Shown here: positions 21,362-32,846 of the stretch, in pieces | Layout of the letters: the number at the start of each line of letters is the position of its first letter | Numbering within the stretch: the first letter of the stretch is position 1 | Assembly (NCBI GenBank): GCA_000004985.1 | Contig: GG738909.1 | Direction: 5' to 3' (one strand) | Origin: Naegleria gruberi | Lineage: Eukaryota | Length of the DNA: 64,000 nucleotides | Translations under genes and position numbers: made by a program | The notes under the pieces: model-generated | Told to the model about the DNA's origin: nothing | Databases searched by the model: none | What the model saw: the letters and a program-made list of their open reading frames with translations, nothing else

Positions 21362-22786
21362 ATGGATCAGCGCAGAAACGTCCAACCTTGCGGAAGTTTT
21401 ACATCAACTTCTTCCCATCTTTCCTCTGCTCCCCTGATGCCATCATCAACCAGCAGCTGTTCAGGTATTGCTTCGAGTAGTAGCAGTATGGGAAACAGCC
21501 AAGGTTTAACGAGTTGCCGTGTCAATAATTCTTCTGGTAATACCGATGCTAATAACATGATGATGAATATGCCTTTAGGATTGGCCCAACGATCAATGCA
21601 ATTTGTTCAACAAAAGAATGACAATATACGTAAAGATTCAATGAAGAGTGTCATTACAAAGCAAAGGAAGACAAAGGATTTGAATTTAGGTGGTTCCTCC
21701 TCCTCTTCAGAACTTAAAAACAGATTATCACCTTCTAAACATTCAGATTCTTCTATCAACATTTTGAATTATCAATATAGAACACCCTTCTCTCTCTTAC
21801 AACTTGATGAAGACATTAGGAGTCGATTGGTGGTTAAGAAGGCTAGTACGCCACCAATTTTTGACTTTATCAGGGGATTAAACAATTCCCTGTTTGAAGA
21901 ACAACAAGCAGATGTAATGATGATGGATGATGAATTTCGTTCAGTTGATATGATTGATACACTTTCTCCTTCTGTTACTTCCTCTTCTCCTGTAAATTAT
22001 CCAACTTCCACTAAACCATCAAGTCCTTCCTCCTCGACACCAATAACTTCTGGTATTATCCTAAGTGATGATGAAGAAGAGTCGTCTTATTCTCTCCTCC
22101 CTCTCAAGAAGATGATTAACCACCAACAAGATGTACATAATGAGAATAAGAAGGTTGACCCAACCGAAGAGAAGGATAAAAAGTTGTATCTTTCCATTGA
22201 ACAAAATCTTCCTGCAATGGTTGATATTTTCACGTTAGATCACCACCATTTACTTGATAGTAGCATTGTTTTCTCCATTCAAAATGTATGCAATAGAAAT
22301 TCAATCAGAATTGATCCATGCTTTAATATTCCAAGTTTAGTGAGAGGAGAACAATTTGCTCTCAATGTACAAAACAGACATTCAAAGTCTGTTAGATTTT
22401 GCATAATGTTTAGAGATCCTTCAGGTACTCATATTTCAGTCTATCCAAAGAAATTAAAAGTTTTGCAATCAGAGAATGACTTGGAATTACTCCCTTCCAA
22501 AGAACAAACCTGCCAAGTATTCGATAGTGCTATGCTACCAAATGTTAACGAAGTAGATGGAGCTTGTAGAGTTTCTCTTATTTTAATGGCCACAACTCAT
22601 GTAAAGTTCAATAATGCAATCGCTGAAATATGCTCAAGAATTCAAGGTATTGAGAAGAATCCAAACTCTTTGAAGGCTTCAATTATGGACAGAGACTTAC
22701 ATCAAAATCATCCTCTGCTTGAAACATCTTCTTCATTCAAAAGAGTTTCTCTCAAATCAATCGAGCTAATGATAAGGAATAGGTAA
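21362..22786 (+). CDS. Ser/Thr-rich protein of unknown function
   Basis: ATG at 21362 (MDQRRNVQPCGSF...). N-terminal half is low-complexity Ser-rich. The C-terminal third is non-repetitive (…IRIDPCFNIPSLVRGEQFALNVQNRHSKSVRFCIMFRDPSG…). Preceded by about 800 nt of G-depleted sequence. Confidence 0.5.
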   Translation: MDQRRNVQPCGSFTSTSSHLSSAPLMPSSTSSCSGIASSSSSMGNSQGLTSCRVNNSSGNTDANNMMMNMPLGLAQRSMQFVQQKNDNIRKDSMKSVITKQRKTKDLNLGGSSSSSELKNRLSPSKHSDSSINILNYQYRTPFSLLQLDEDIRSRLVVKKASTPPIFDFIRGLNNSLFEEQQADVMMMDDEFRSVDMIDTLSPSVTSSSPVNYPTSTKPSSPSSSTPITSGIILSDDEEESSYSLLPLKKMINHQQDVHNENKKVDPTEEKDKKLYLSIEQNLPAMVDIFTLDHHHLLDSSIVFSIQNVCNRNSIRIDPCFNIPSLVRGEQFALNVQNRHSKSVRFCIMFRDPSGTHISVYPKKLKVLQSENDLELLPSKEQTCQVFDSAMLPNVNEVDGACRVSLILMATTHVKFNNAIAEICSRIQGIEKNPNSLKASIMDRDLHQNHPLLETSSSFKRVSLKSIELMIRNR

Positions 22787-22841
22787 ACCAAAAGTCACAG
22801 GGAAATTACAGACTGGGTACAAATAAAATTCCTTAGATTTA

Positions 22842-25800
22842 TTACTCTTGAATACTTCTTAGTTGTTTGATACTAGATTTCATTTCCTTGATTATTTCTT
22901 CACACTTTGTGAATTTGCTTACTGTATCCTTTTGTTGTTTGACTGAAGGAACAGCACACTTCCATAATTCTAATTCTTGTTCAAGTAATTTGCAAGTCTT
23001 CTTGTAATGATACTTTTCTTGCTTTGCCTTCTCAATAGCATAGATTAATGTTTGAATATGGGATAGAATCTTGTCCTTTGATGGTTTGACACCAATATCA
23101 GAAATAATTTGATTCTTCTTCTTTTCTTGTTGCAATTCATTGAGCTTTTCTCTGAGGTCAGAAATTTCTGCCTTACCCATTTCGAGTTCATTCTTCATCA
23201 TTGAAACTTCGATTGAAGGTGTTTCACTTGCAGCTGGGGCTTCCGTCAATTCCTTAACTTGTTGTTCTAAGGTTTCCTTCTCCTTTTGTAATCGTTTTAC
23301 AAGTTCGTTATCTATTGCAGGCTCTTGCTTAGCTGTTTTTTCTAATAAAGCAATTGTCTTCTTTTCCAATTCCTTCTTCAGTTTAATAATTTCCTTATCT
23401 TTTTCTTGAGATGTAACCTCCCAAGATTTACACTTTTTAGAGAGATCAATTGCATCCCTCTTGATTTCCTTCAACTCGGCTTCCTTTTCCTTGAGTGTTT
23501 TAAGAGACTTTTCAAGAGTATCTTTCTTTTCTTGGGATTCCTTTTCTAGAGATTTGTGTTGTTTTTGCAAGTCGTGGAGTTCCTTTTCAATAGAGCTTCT
23601 CCTGGAAATTTCCTTCTCAATACTATCCTTACTCTTCCTCAGATCTTCAGATAATTGTTTAATCTTGGATGATTGATTACTTGTTTGAGAGTTTAGTTGT
23701 GAAATTTCCTCTTCAGATTTTTCTTTTAGAATATTAAGCTCAGTTTCACAACTTTCCTTCATTACTCCAATTTCATCTTGATAGGATTTTTTAACACTTT
23801 CCATTTCTCTTTCATATCTCGTTTTTAGTTCATTCAAATCAAATTCGTATTTTTCCTTTTGATTAATGATTTCTGTTTTGCTTGCTTCTTGGAGTTTCTT
23901 GATTTCACTTTCATATATTTCCTTAAGTTTTTGAATTTCACTTCTTTGTTCTAATGTTGTTTTATCCAAGTTTGAAAGCAAGGTGTTTTCCAACTGAGAT
24001 TTGTTTTCCATTTCTGTATGTAATTGTTCATGCAAATTATCTTTTTCTTCAGTTAGGGAATTAACAGTATTATTCAAGTTATATACAATTTTAAGAGTAT
24101 TTTCCAATTCTGATCTTGTAGAATCCCTATCTTGTGTTGTGTTTTGTAATTCCTCTTTTAATTTAGAAAGTTCTTGATTGGTGGTATTCAATTTCTCGTT
24201 CAATTTTTTGCTTTCTTCCTCTAAAGTAATTTGGGCCTCTTTCTCCTTATTATATTCAGCCAATTCTTTGGTCATATCATCAGTCTTTTGCAAAAGAGTT
24301 TTCAAGAGACTTTCTTTATCTGTTAACTGTTGAGTAAGATCGGACTTGGTTTCTTGTAAAGTTTTGGATACATCTTCGAACTTTTCTTGCAAATCATTGA
24401 ATTTTGAATTGAGGGAAGAGTGTTCTTTTTGTTTTGCCTCTAATTGAAGTTGCAGGGAAATCACAGTTTCATTCGAGTTTCTCAACTCATCTTGAATTTT
24501 CTTGATGGTTTCTAGAGCTTGTTGGTAATTGTTGTCAAGTCTATTCTTCTCTTCTTCAAGCTTGTTATTTTCAACAACCAAAGTCTCGTGGTTGGAGGAG
24601 GCATCATGCTTCATTTTCTCCAAAAGAGATTCAACATTATTCTTTTTTTGTGTTAAATGAGAGATTTGATCATCTTTTGTTGTAATTACTTCATCTTTAG
24701 ATGTAATAATTGATCTCAAGTCTTCAAGCTCTTTAATTCTCTCCTCCAATTGATTCTTATGTTCATTTAGCGCAAGTTTAAGTTCTTCTATTTGTTTTTC
24801 TGAAGACATGTAATTGGATTCAATCAATTTTTTAAGATTAGCAACAGTTTCATTTTCAGAATGCAATTCGTTAGTGAGGTCCAAAATAGTATTACTTCTT
24901 TCTGAAAGTGTGGATTGCAATTCAGCAAACTGTGAGGATATCTTTTCATACTTCTCTTCAGATTCTTTAACCATTTGTTGCACGTCATTGGAGCTCTTGT
25001 TCATATCTATTTGATTTTGATTGACAATATTTGTCAATCGGTCAATTTCTGATGTTAATTTTAAGGATTTTTCTCTTTCTGAATGCAAATCTTGGGAAAT
25101 TTCATGAATTGAAACCTTCAATTCAGACTCTGAAATTGAAAGTTGTTGAATTTGGGATTCCTTTCCCTCAACTTCTTTTTCCTTCGTCTTAATTCGATCT
25201 TCAACCTCTGCCAATTTCTTATTATGTTCTAATTCTGTTTGCTGGAGTTGTTTTTCAATTTCTGTCAATCTTTGTTTAAGGTCTTCTTCAGAAGCTGTTG
25301 ATTTTTCTTTAAAGATATTGAATTCATTTTGGAAAGATTGTTTCAATGATCTTTCTTCCTCTATTTGAGATAAAAGTTTTGTTTCTGTTTGCTCGTGGTT
25401 TAGAGAAAATGTGTTTTTAAGATCGGCTATTTTAGACTTGTAATTTTCTCTTTCGAGAGAAAAAGTTTGATTATATTGAGCCATCTCTTTCTTCAAACTT
25501 TCGATTTGATGCTCCAAATCATCCTTTGTTCTTACCATTTTCTTTTCTAACAGTTCTTTTTCTTTTTGAGAATTCAGCAACTTTGTTTGATCCTCTTTCA
25601 AAGTTTCTTTGAGGGTAATGATTGAATCTTGTAATTGCATATTTTGATTATTTGTTTCTTTTAGTTTTTCTAATGTTGCATCTTCATTGTTCTTTGATTC
25701 AATTAGAGTTTGTTCAAGAAGAGAAATTTGCTCTCTCATTAAATTGTTATGCTCTCCAAGTTCTGACTTTCCTGAATGTTCAACCTTTAACTTATCAGCT

Positions 25801-27598
25801 AAATCTTTGCATTCCTTTTCCAAGGAATGTTGCTTTTCTAATGTCTGCTCGAGTAAGGTTTGTTTTTCAGCCATTATGTTGTTAGTATTTTGTAATTGTG
25901 ATTCGAAAGAGGCCTTTTCATCCTGTAAGTGGTGTACTTCTTTTTGAAGTTTACGCTCCAAATCCGCTCTCTTTTTCTTTTCAACCTCGATACTATCTAA
26001 AAGCTCTTCCATTTGGCTAGCATGTTTAATGGTTAGATCTTCAATGATTTTTTGATATTCCTCTTCTGAAGATTTAAGAACCTCTTCAGATTTAACCATA
26101 TCATTCTTCTCCTTTTCGTGTTGATCACGTAAGTTTTCTAAATCTTGTTTTAATTGTTTCTCTCTTTCTGTTGTTACATTCAAACTGGTTTGAAGGGTTT
26201 CCATTTGATGCATCTTTTCATTTAATTGTGATTTAAACTCAGTAACAATCTTATTTCTTTCCTCAATCAAATGTGATGATATTTTTCCAATTTCTGTGGA
26301 AGTGAACGATCCTAAGGTAGATCCAGTCTTTTGAATTTGTTCCAAATATTCCGTTCTGATGTCTACTTGATTTTTCTTCAAGTCTTTGAATTCCTTGGAT
26401 ACTTTTAACAGCTTTGATTTAACAGATTCATTATTGGATTTAAGCTTGAAAATTATTGTTTCATAGGCTTGTTTCAACTTCTCAATCTCTTGTGTGTCAA
26501 TTTGGGGTTGCTGGACTGGAGGAACCTCTGATGGTTTTGATGGTTGTGGTGTGACAGTTGCTGGTTGTTGTGGTTGTTGAACTAGTTGGGCGGTTGTTTG
26601 TGATTTTGGTTGAGGAATCTTTTTCAAAATACAAGACGAAGTTTGTTCCATTGTTTTCTTGGCTGCTTCTGCTGCCGAAACATGTGGAGAACAGTTGGCA
26701 AGTATGATTGCTCTAAAGTCATCAGTTAATAATTGAGAAAATACTGTCGAGAATAAGGTATTGGCATCATTTCTGATTCCCTTTAAATAATCTGATAATG
26801 GAACCATTTCTTCCAATCCAACATCTACAAAAGACAAGTTTGAAGTGATAACTCCTTCTAATCTGAAAGTATAAATTAGTGTTCCTGGAGAGGCATCTTG
26901 TTGGTCTTCTTTCAAAACAATTTTCATTGCTTCATTCAGGTCCTTCATATTACGAATAACACTATTATCTGATATTGTGTTCATATCCCAAATCCTTATT
27001 AAAACTTACTCTTTGATAATTCCACCAAACCATTTTGTTTTACTTTAATGACTAAAAGTCTCAAAGTTGTTCCTAGCATCACTTGGTCAATAATATGTTT
27101 GAAACACCTGTAGAGGAGAGCATCATTTGGTCCAATTTCTTCCGAATCCCAATTTCTCGTTCCAATAATTGAGAATGATTTTCCACTGTATTTTGCACCA
27201 CAACTCACAACTACATTGCTGCATCCGGATAGAATATCTATATTGTTCGATAACATTAAGTGTTAAGGTAACTTAGTACTTACCTGCAACAATTGAAGAT
27301 CCAATGGCATCAAATATTTGTTCTGGAGTTGTACTCATTGGGAAAACCTTATCAAAATCAAACTTTACAGGTTTATCCACTCCGTACTTTACATTTGATT
27401 AACAATTAGCCTTAATTTCCAACTCACCTTCAAGAGAACATTCTTCAAAGACTTGTGGAAGGCTACACTACATTGGGCCTTTTTATCAGTTTCATCACTC
27501 ATTTCAAACTTAATAAAAGGCCTAAATCTACAATATTTGACCAAGTCAGCCCTTGGTTCGTCGACTGCAGAAGTAACCTCACTTTCAGTAACAGACAT
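22842..27598 (-). CDS. Kinesin-like protein with about 1100-aa coiled-coil tail, 4 exons (27428..27598, 27284..27386, 27010..27237, 22842..26968)
   Basis: ATG at 27596-27598. Exon 1 ends at a GTGAGT donor (27427), followed by a 41-nt intron. Exon 2 ends at GTAAGT (27283), followed by a 46-nt intron. Exon 3 ends at GTAAGT (27009), followed by a 41-nt intron. The splices join kinesin motor segments in frame: VKYCRFRPF..., KFDFDKVF...EQIFDAIGSSIVADILSGCSNVVVSCGAKYSGKS (P-loop GxxxxGKS), ...LSFVDVGLEE (Switch II-like). A continuous coiled-coil ORF then runs to TAA at 22842. Confidence 0.7.
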
Positions 27599-27936
27599 TT
27601 TTTTAAAGGTGAGGGCAATTTGCTTTCTGAAACTGGCGCTGCCGTAAACTCACTGTTTTTTGCAGTGAAGAATCAGAACTAATAATATTTTTCTAATAAT
27701 GATGAATATTGTATGGCACAGAGTATTTGTTCCATCTTTCTGCTGTGTTGTTGCTATTAGTGTAATCTAATTATTATTATTTGTTGTCATAGCAATTTCT
27801 TTCGGATGCCAGCAAAATCCATCAAGAAGAAAAATTAAAATATTTATCAACCGCCAAAAAATCATCAACTTGGCGAAATTTTTTGATAACGGCAACCTAG
27901 GTTAAATAACACTTCTTATATCGTCATCATATAATT

Positions 27937-29577
27937 ATGAAACGAAAACATCAAGCAACTATTGTAACACCAACCCCAGTTGAAGATGATGGTCATCGTG
28001 TTCCTGATCAACATGTAACAAACTATGATATTTTCGAACACTATTCAAAGAAAGCTAAAAATTCAATTTTTCAGAAGGACGACCTGGAGACAGATCGTTT
28101 CCACTGCGATTATTGCAAGAAGGACATTTCATCATCGTTGAGAATACGTTGTGCTGAGTGTGATGAATTTGATTTGTGTGCTGATTGCTTTTTTGTTGGT
28201 GTAGAAACAAAAGAACATAAGAATGATCATGCCTATCGGGTGATGGAATATTTGCAAGCTCCTCTCCTATCTACAACATGGACAGCTGATGAAGAATTAC
28301 AACTCCTTGAAGGAATCTCCCAGAAGGGTCTAGGAAATTGGTTAGATATTGCCGAACACATAGGCAAGCAAAAATCAAAATATGAATGTGAATATCACTA
28401 TTGGACACTCTATGTAGATAGGCCAATTGCAAAGAGAAGAGCCTTATTGGAGAAGATTAAAACTCAGAAAGTTGTTGATGATTCAACGGGTTCATCAAGT
28501 GAAGACACTGAAATTTATGTACCTGTTCCAGATACTAAAGCTCCAATTCAAAATGAAAAGATGAACATTTCCAAGAAGGATCTGAAAAAAGATGATGATG
28601 GTATCATTTGGTCTGTAAGAAAGGAGTTATCCCTTCCACCAGTGAATATGCAAACTATTTTCAATGAGAATGTAAAGGCGCATCCAGAATGTGCCAAGTT
28701 TGTGATGGGAACTCTCCTTTCTAGGGAGCCAATTATTGTTGGTAATAGAAAGAATGTTCAGCAATTGGGTCAAGATATAGGTTATCTGCCTCTGAGAGCA
28801 GATTTTGAGACAGATTTCGATTACTGTGCTGAAGATATCATTGCAGAGTTGGAAATTCTCCCTACTGACACACCTGAAGAAAAGGAAAAGAAACTAGATT
28901 ATTTGAGATTATACGAATTTAGATTAAGTGAAAGAGAACGAAGAAAAAAGTTTGCTGTTGAAAGGGGTTTATTCGATTGGAAGAGAATCAGTGCTGTTGA
29001 AAAGAAGAGAAACAAGATGGAAAAAGAATTGTATCAACGATATAGACCATTTGCCAGATTCCTGGACGATCAAGATGAGTTTGACTCTTTCATGGCTGGG
29101 GTTATTCAAGAGACTAAGATAAGAAATAGAATTCAACAACTTAAAGAATATAGAGCTAATGGTTTAACATCTTTGGAACAATGTGACTTGTTTGAATCTG
29201 AAAACAAAAAGAGAGAAGCAGATTTTGACCTGAAGAAAGCTAGAGAGGGTAATATCAAATCTCCTTCAATTAAGAGAAATGCAGAGGTAATTACTGGTAC
29301 ACCAAAAGATCCAAACATGGTTGGTATTGAAATGTTGTCAAAGAGGGAACGTAGTTTCTGTGTTGGTTTACAACTCTATCCAAAGCATTACATACTTATT
29401 AAGGATGTTTTGATAAGAGAATCGGTGCAATTAGGATTTGTCTCAAAGGCAACAGCTTGTAAATTATTTACTGATTTTGAAAAGGACGTTATTTCAAAAA
29501 TTCACGACTTTTTTGTTTCAAATAATTGGATTCTTGGTGCTCCACAAGCTACACAAGAAGGCAGTTCAGGTAAATAA
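27937..29577 (+). CDS. ADA2: Transcriptional adaptor ADA2 (ZZ finger + SANT + SWIRM)
   Basis: ATG at 27937. ZZ finger FHCDYCKKDISSSLRIRCAECDEFDLCADCF. SANT domain WTADEELQLLEGISQKGLGNWLDIAEHIG. C-terminal SWIRM-like region. TAA at 29575-29577. Confidence 0.85.
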   Translation: MKRKHQATIVTPTPVEDDGHRVPDQHVTNYDIFEHYSKKAKNSIFQKDDLETDRFHCDYCKKDISSSLRIRCAECDEFDLCADCFFVGVETKEHKNDHAYRVMEYLQAPLLSTTWTADEELQLLEGISQKGLGNWLDIAEHIGKQKSKYECEYHYWTLYVDRPIAKRRALLEKIKTQKVVDDSTGSSSEDTEIYVPVPDTKAPIQNEKMNISKKDLKKDDDGIIWSVRKELSLPPVNMQTIFNENVKAHPECAKFVMGTLLSREPIIVGNRKNVQQLGQDIGYLPLRADFETDFDYCAEDIIAELEILPTDTPEEKEKKLDYLRLYEFRLSERERRKKFAVERGLFDWKRISAVEKKRNKMEKELYQRYRPFARFLDDQDEFDSFMAGVIQETKIRNRIQQLKEYRANGLTSLEQCDLFESENKKREADFDLKKAREGNIKSPSIKRNAEVITGTPKDPNMVGIEMLSKRERSFCVGLQLYPKHYILIKDVLIRESVQLGFVSKATACKLFTDFEKDVISKIHDFFVSNNWILGAPQATQEGSSGK

Positions 29578-30284
29578 ACCTTGATTTCATGGTCAACATT
29601 ATCCCACCAAATTTTATTTTAAAAAAAATAATTGAAAATATTTTTAGAGAAATTAATGGAAGTGCCTCCTTTTAGAATAAGGGTAGAGTATGAGCAACAC
29701 GAAATAGTATCTCATCCATTGGTGCAATCTATTTACCAACGAGTGGATAGAAAAATTCGTATTTTAAGGCTTGGCCAATCTCGTATGTGATCTACCATTA
29801 AAATTGTCAAAATCATGACTGACACTATGAACATTATTCCAATCAAATGGAAAAGGCCTGTATGTAAGGTCAATTTACTGTGACCTATTGAATCCATCTC
29901 TATTTTGGTGAAATGGGAATCATGAGACTCAATACCTTGCTAAAATTAAAGATCTTTGAATCGTATACTGCTTTCGTATTAGTTGACTACTTGGATATGG
30001 AAAGCCCTTGTTAGATTCATTTTAAATGAATCAACATTAGACTGTAGTTTGAACATGAATCAATTTTGGACTTCGCTCAACATTCCAATTATGGTTTTTG
30101 TTAAATCAATTAATTTCCCAAAACAACATAATACACTCTCAAACTCATTGGCGGATTAATAAAAGGAATTTTAAACACACTTTCATTTCATTTATCAATC
30201 CATTCAAGTCACATCGACCAATAATGGTTCATACCATAAAACCATCAATAGAAATTGATCTGTGTTCAACAAGAACACTAAAAA

Positions 30285-31517
30285 ATGTCGCAATTCAAAG
30301 CACTTGTTTCAAACATTGCTGTTTTATTGATTCTTTCATTGAGCAGTGTTTTGATTCTTGCTCACAATGGTGAAGATCATTCACTCCCAAAACCAAATCT
30401 ACCTGCAGAGAATAATCTTCCTTCCAAGTATTTCCATTTCAAGCCAACTCGTATTAGACGTTACTATATTCAAGCTGAGAAGGTTGAGTGGAATTATGGA
30501 CCTTATGGAAAGGACATGTTCATGGGAATGGATTTTTCAGCAGACAATCGTCCATCCAACACTACCATTGGTCTCAAATATCTCAAAGCAAAGTATATCG
30601 AATATACTGACAAGACTTTCTCCACAAAGAAAGCTCAAGCTCCACATTTGGGAATTGTTGGTCCAATTATAAGAGCTGAAGTTGGTGAACAAATTAGAAT
30701 TCTCTTCAAGAATGCTTTGGAATTCCCAGCAGGTATCCATCCACACGGAGTTCATTATGATAAACAATCTGAAGGAGCTGCCTATGTAGATAACGATAAG
30801 GACATGTCATTTGCAACTCCTGGAAGTGGTGATGCTGTAGCTGCCGGAGCAACTTTCGAATATATTTTCAATGTACCAGATCGTGCAGGTCCTCTTGATA
30901 ATAGTCCATTAAGCTCCATTCCGTGGATGTATCACTCCCATGCTTTGGATGAACCAGCAGAAACTCAAGCTGGCTTGATTGGTTTCATTGTCATTACTAG
31001 AAAGGGATTTGCTAGAAAGAATGGTTCTCCAAAGGATGTTGACAGAGAATTCTTTGTCATGCCTAAAATATTTGATGAACAAACAAGTTTCTTTTTAGAT
31101 CAAAACATTCAAAAGTATTTGAATGCAAGTGGTCAATTGACTGAAGCTCAATATAAGGCATTTAAGGCAGGTGGTTTAACTGCTAGTAATCAAAAGGATT
31201 CCATCAATGGCTACATGAGTGTCAATAATATTGGAGGATTTGACATGTGTCAAGGTGAAAGAGTTAGATGGTATGTTGGTACAATTGGTAATGTTGATTT
31301 GCATCCTGTCCATTGGCATGGTAACGTTGGACTCGAAGATGGCATCAGATTGGTCGACACTGTCTTTGTAGGCCCTGGAATTGCAAGAGCTTTGGATATG
31401 GATGTTGATAATCCTGGAAATTGGTTATTCCACTGTCACATTGATAACCATCATATGGATGGTATGGTTGATATTTTCAAAGTATATCACAAACATTCTG
31501 ATTTCTGTAAAAAGTAA
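30285..31517 (+). CDS. Secreted ceruloplasmin/hephaestin-like multicopper oxidase, single two-cupredoxin unit (410 aa)
   Basis: ATG at 30285 with a signal peptide (MSQFKALVSNIAVLLILSLSSVLILA). Ceruloplasmin A-domain-like segments LGPIIRAEVGEQIRILFKNALEFPAGIHPHGVHY and INGYMSVNNIGGFDMCQGERVRWY. All four copper-ligand motifs are present: HPHG, YHSH, HPVHWHG, HCHIDNHHMDGM. TAA at 31515-31517. Confidence 0.8.
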   Translation: MSQFKALVSNIAVLLILSLSSVLILAHNGEDHSLPKPNLPAENNLPSKYFHFKPTRIRRYYIQAEKVEWNYGPYGKDMFMGMDFSADNRPSNTTIGLKYLKAKYIEYTDKTFSTKKAQAPHLGIVGPIIRAEVGEQIRILFKNALEFPAGIHPHGVHYDKQSEGAAYVDNDKDMSFATPGSGDAVAAGATFEYIFNVPDRAGPLDNSPLSSIPWMYHSHALDEPAETQAGLIGFIVITRKGFARKNGSPKDVDREFFVMPKIFDEQTSFFLDQNIQKYLNASGQLTEAQYKAFKAGGLTASNQKDSINGYMSVNNIGGFDMCQGERVRWYVGTIGNVDLHPVHWHGNVGLEDGIRLVDTVFVGPGIARALDMDVDNPGNWLFHCHIDNHHMDGMVDIFKVYHKHSDFCKK

Positions 31518-31691
31518 ATTCTCCAAATATTCTAATCCAAGAAGAATGAAAATTCATCTTATTGTTTGATTTGAATTGCTACTAAGCACTGTACAATTTC
31601 GTATTGTAAAGAATGCAAGAAGCGATGGAATTGATACATTTTCAATTTACAAGCAAATTAGTGTGATTTAGCTTTATATTATTACAAAAAA

Positions 31692-32669
31692 ATGGAATCA
31701 CAAGAAAGTGCAATTTCGGAGCAGAAGCAGAAAATCGAATCAATATCATCAGAAATAACATTGATATCAACACCATTTCCATACCGTGATGTCACCTTGA
31801 AAATATTTAGTTATTGCTCTCTGGAAAGTATTCTCTTGGGAGTACAATTATTGAATAAGGATATGCAGAGTGTAGTATTGAATCAATCCGAGATTATCTG
31901 GCAAGAGAATTTAGATCGATTGGAGGAGAGAGAGAAAATTAAATATAAAAACAAGGCCTTTGAAAAGGTTGAAAAAGGCTCGGAATTGAGAAGTCAGATC
32001 ATGTTGAGAGTTTTGAAACAACAAGTAACTTATAGAAAACAGAAAAGGCTTAAGGAAATTATTTTCAATAGTGGTAAGGATAGATTGGAGATTTTGAAGA
32101 TTTGTCAAAAGTATGCTGGACAGAGTAATATTTTGGCTGGATTTGTGGTTTTGAATTTTGTACGCTTGTCGAATGTGCAATCTTTGGAAAAATTGGATAT
32201 TGATTCATTTGAATTCATGTATGATATTGATCCATTCTTTTATATGAAGTGCAGAGCAGAATATCCTATAGGCTTGTTATTCATTTGTTGTTTTAAATCA
32301 AACCAAGTCAAGAATGTTAAAACCAAGAGTTTTACACAAACTAAATGGAAACAAGTTCAGGAAAAAATCTCCTCTGCCACTCTCCAAACCATTTCACGAT
32401 TCCTGAGAGAGTTCTACAAGATATCGAAAAGTGCAGCCCTTTCTGTTTCTTTGATTCACTACTATCAAATGCCTTACAAAATATTAGATGGTCAATACCT
32501 TACTGCTCATGAATACTTTCAACAAATCAATTCTGGAACTGTACCAACCGATGAAAATATCCAAAAATTCCTCCAATCTCAAATGTATCATTTCCTTACT
32601 GAATACTATGAGAAATTCAAATTAATTGTATCTTCCAAAAAGACAATTTCATATTCCACAACAAACTAA
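31692..32669 (+). CDS. F-box-like protein of unknown function
   Basis: ATG at 31692. N-terminal F-box-like helix ISTPFPYRDVTLKIFSYCSLESILLGVQLLNKDMQSVV. No other recognisable domain. Confidence 0.5.
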   Translation: MESQESAISEQKQKIESISSEITLISTPFPYRDVTLKIFSYCSLESILLGVQLLNKDMQSVVLNQSEIIWQENLDRLEEREKIKYKNKAFEKVEKGSELRSQIMLRVLKQQVTYRKQKRLKEIIFNSGKDRLEILKICQKYAGQSNILAGFVVLNFVRLSNVQSLEKLDIDSFEFMYDIDPFFYMKCRAEYPIGLLFICCFKSNQVKNVKTKSFTQTKWKQVQEKISSATLQTISRFLREFYKISKSAALSVSLIHYYQMPYKILDGQYLTAHEYFQQINSGTVPTDENIQKFLQSQMYHFLTEYYEKFKLIVSSKKTISYSTTN

Positions 32670-32846
32670 ACCAAATTTTTACCTTTCAACTCTTGCATTA
32701 CTCAAATACTTGTAAAAATTGAACATTTGTCTTTACAGTTTGTCAAAGAACGTTTGAGTTAACACTCAATGGTTCAAAACTCCGTAAAATCATACAGGAG
32801 TTCAGGTCACACTTCTCACACAACCAACTGAACACATTGTGAAAAA

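Noticed and set aside
23140-25947. Several 60-90-aa plus-strand ORFs (23140..23409, 23461..23676, 24814..25014, 25622..25947) antisense to the kinesin-like coiled-coil exon
   Set aside because: They are low-complexity Ser/Phe/Leu-rich translations of the antisense strand of a Glu/Lys-rich coiled coil. They have no start context and no conservation.
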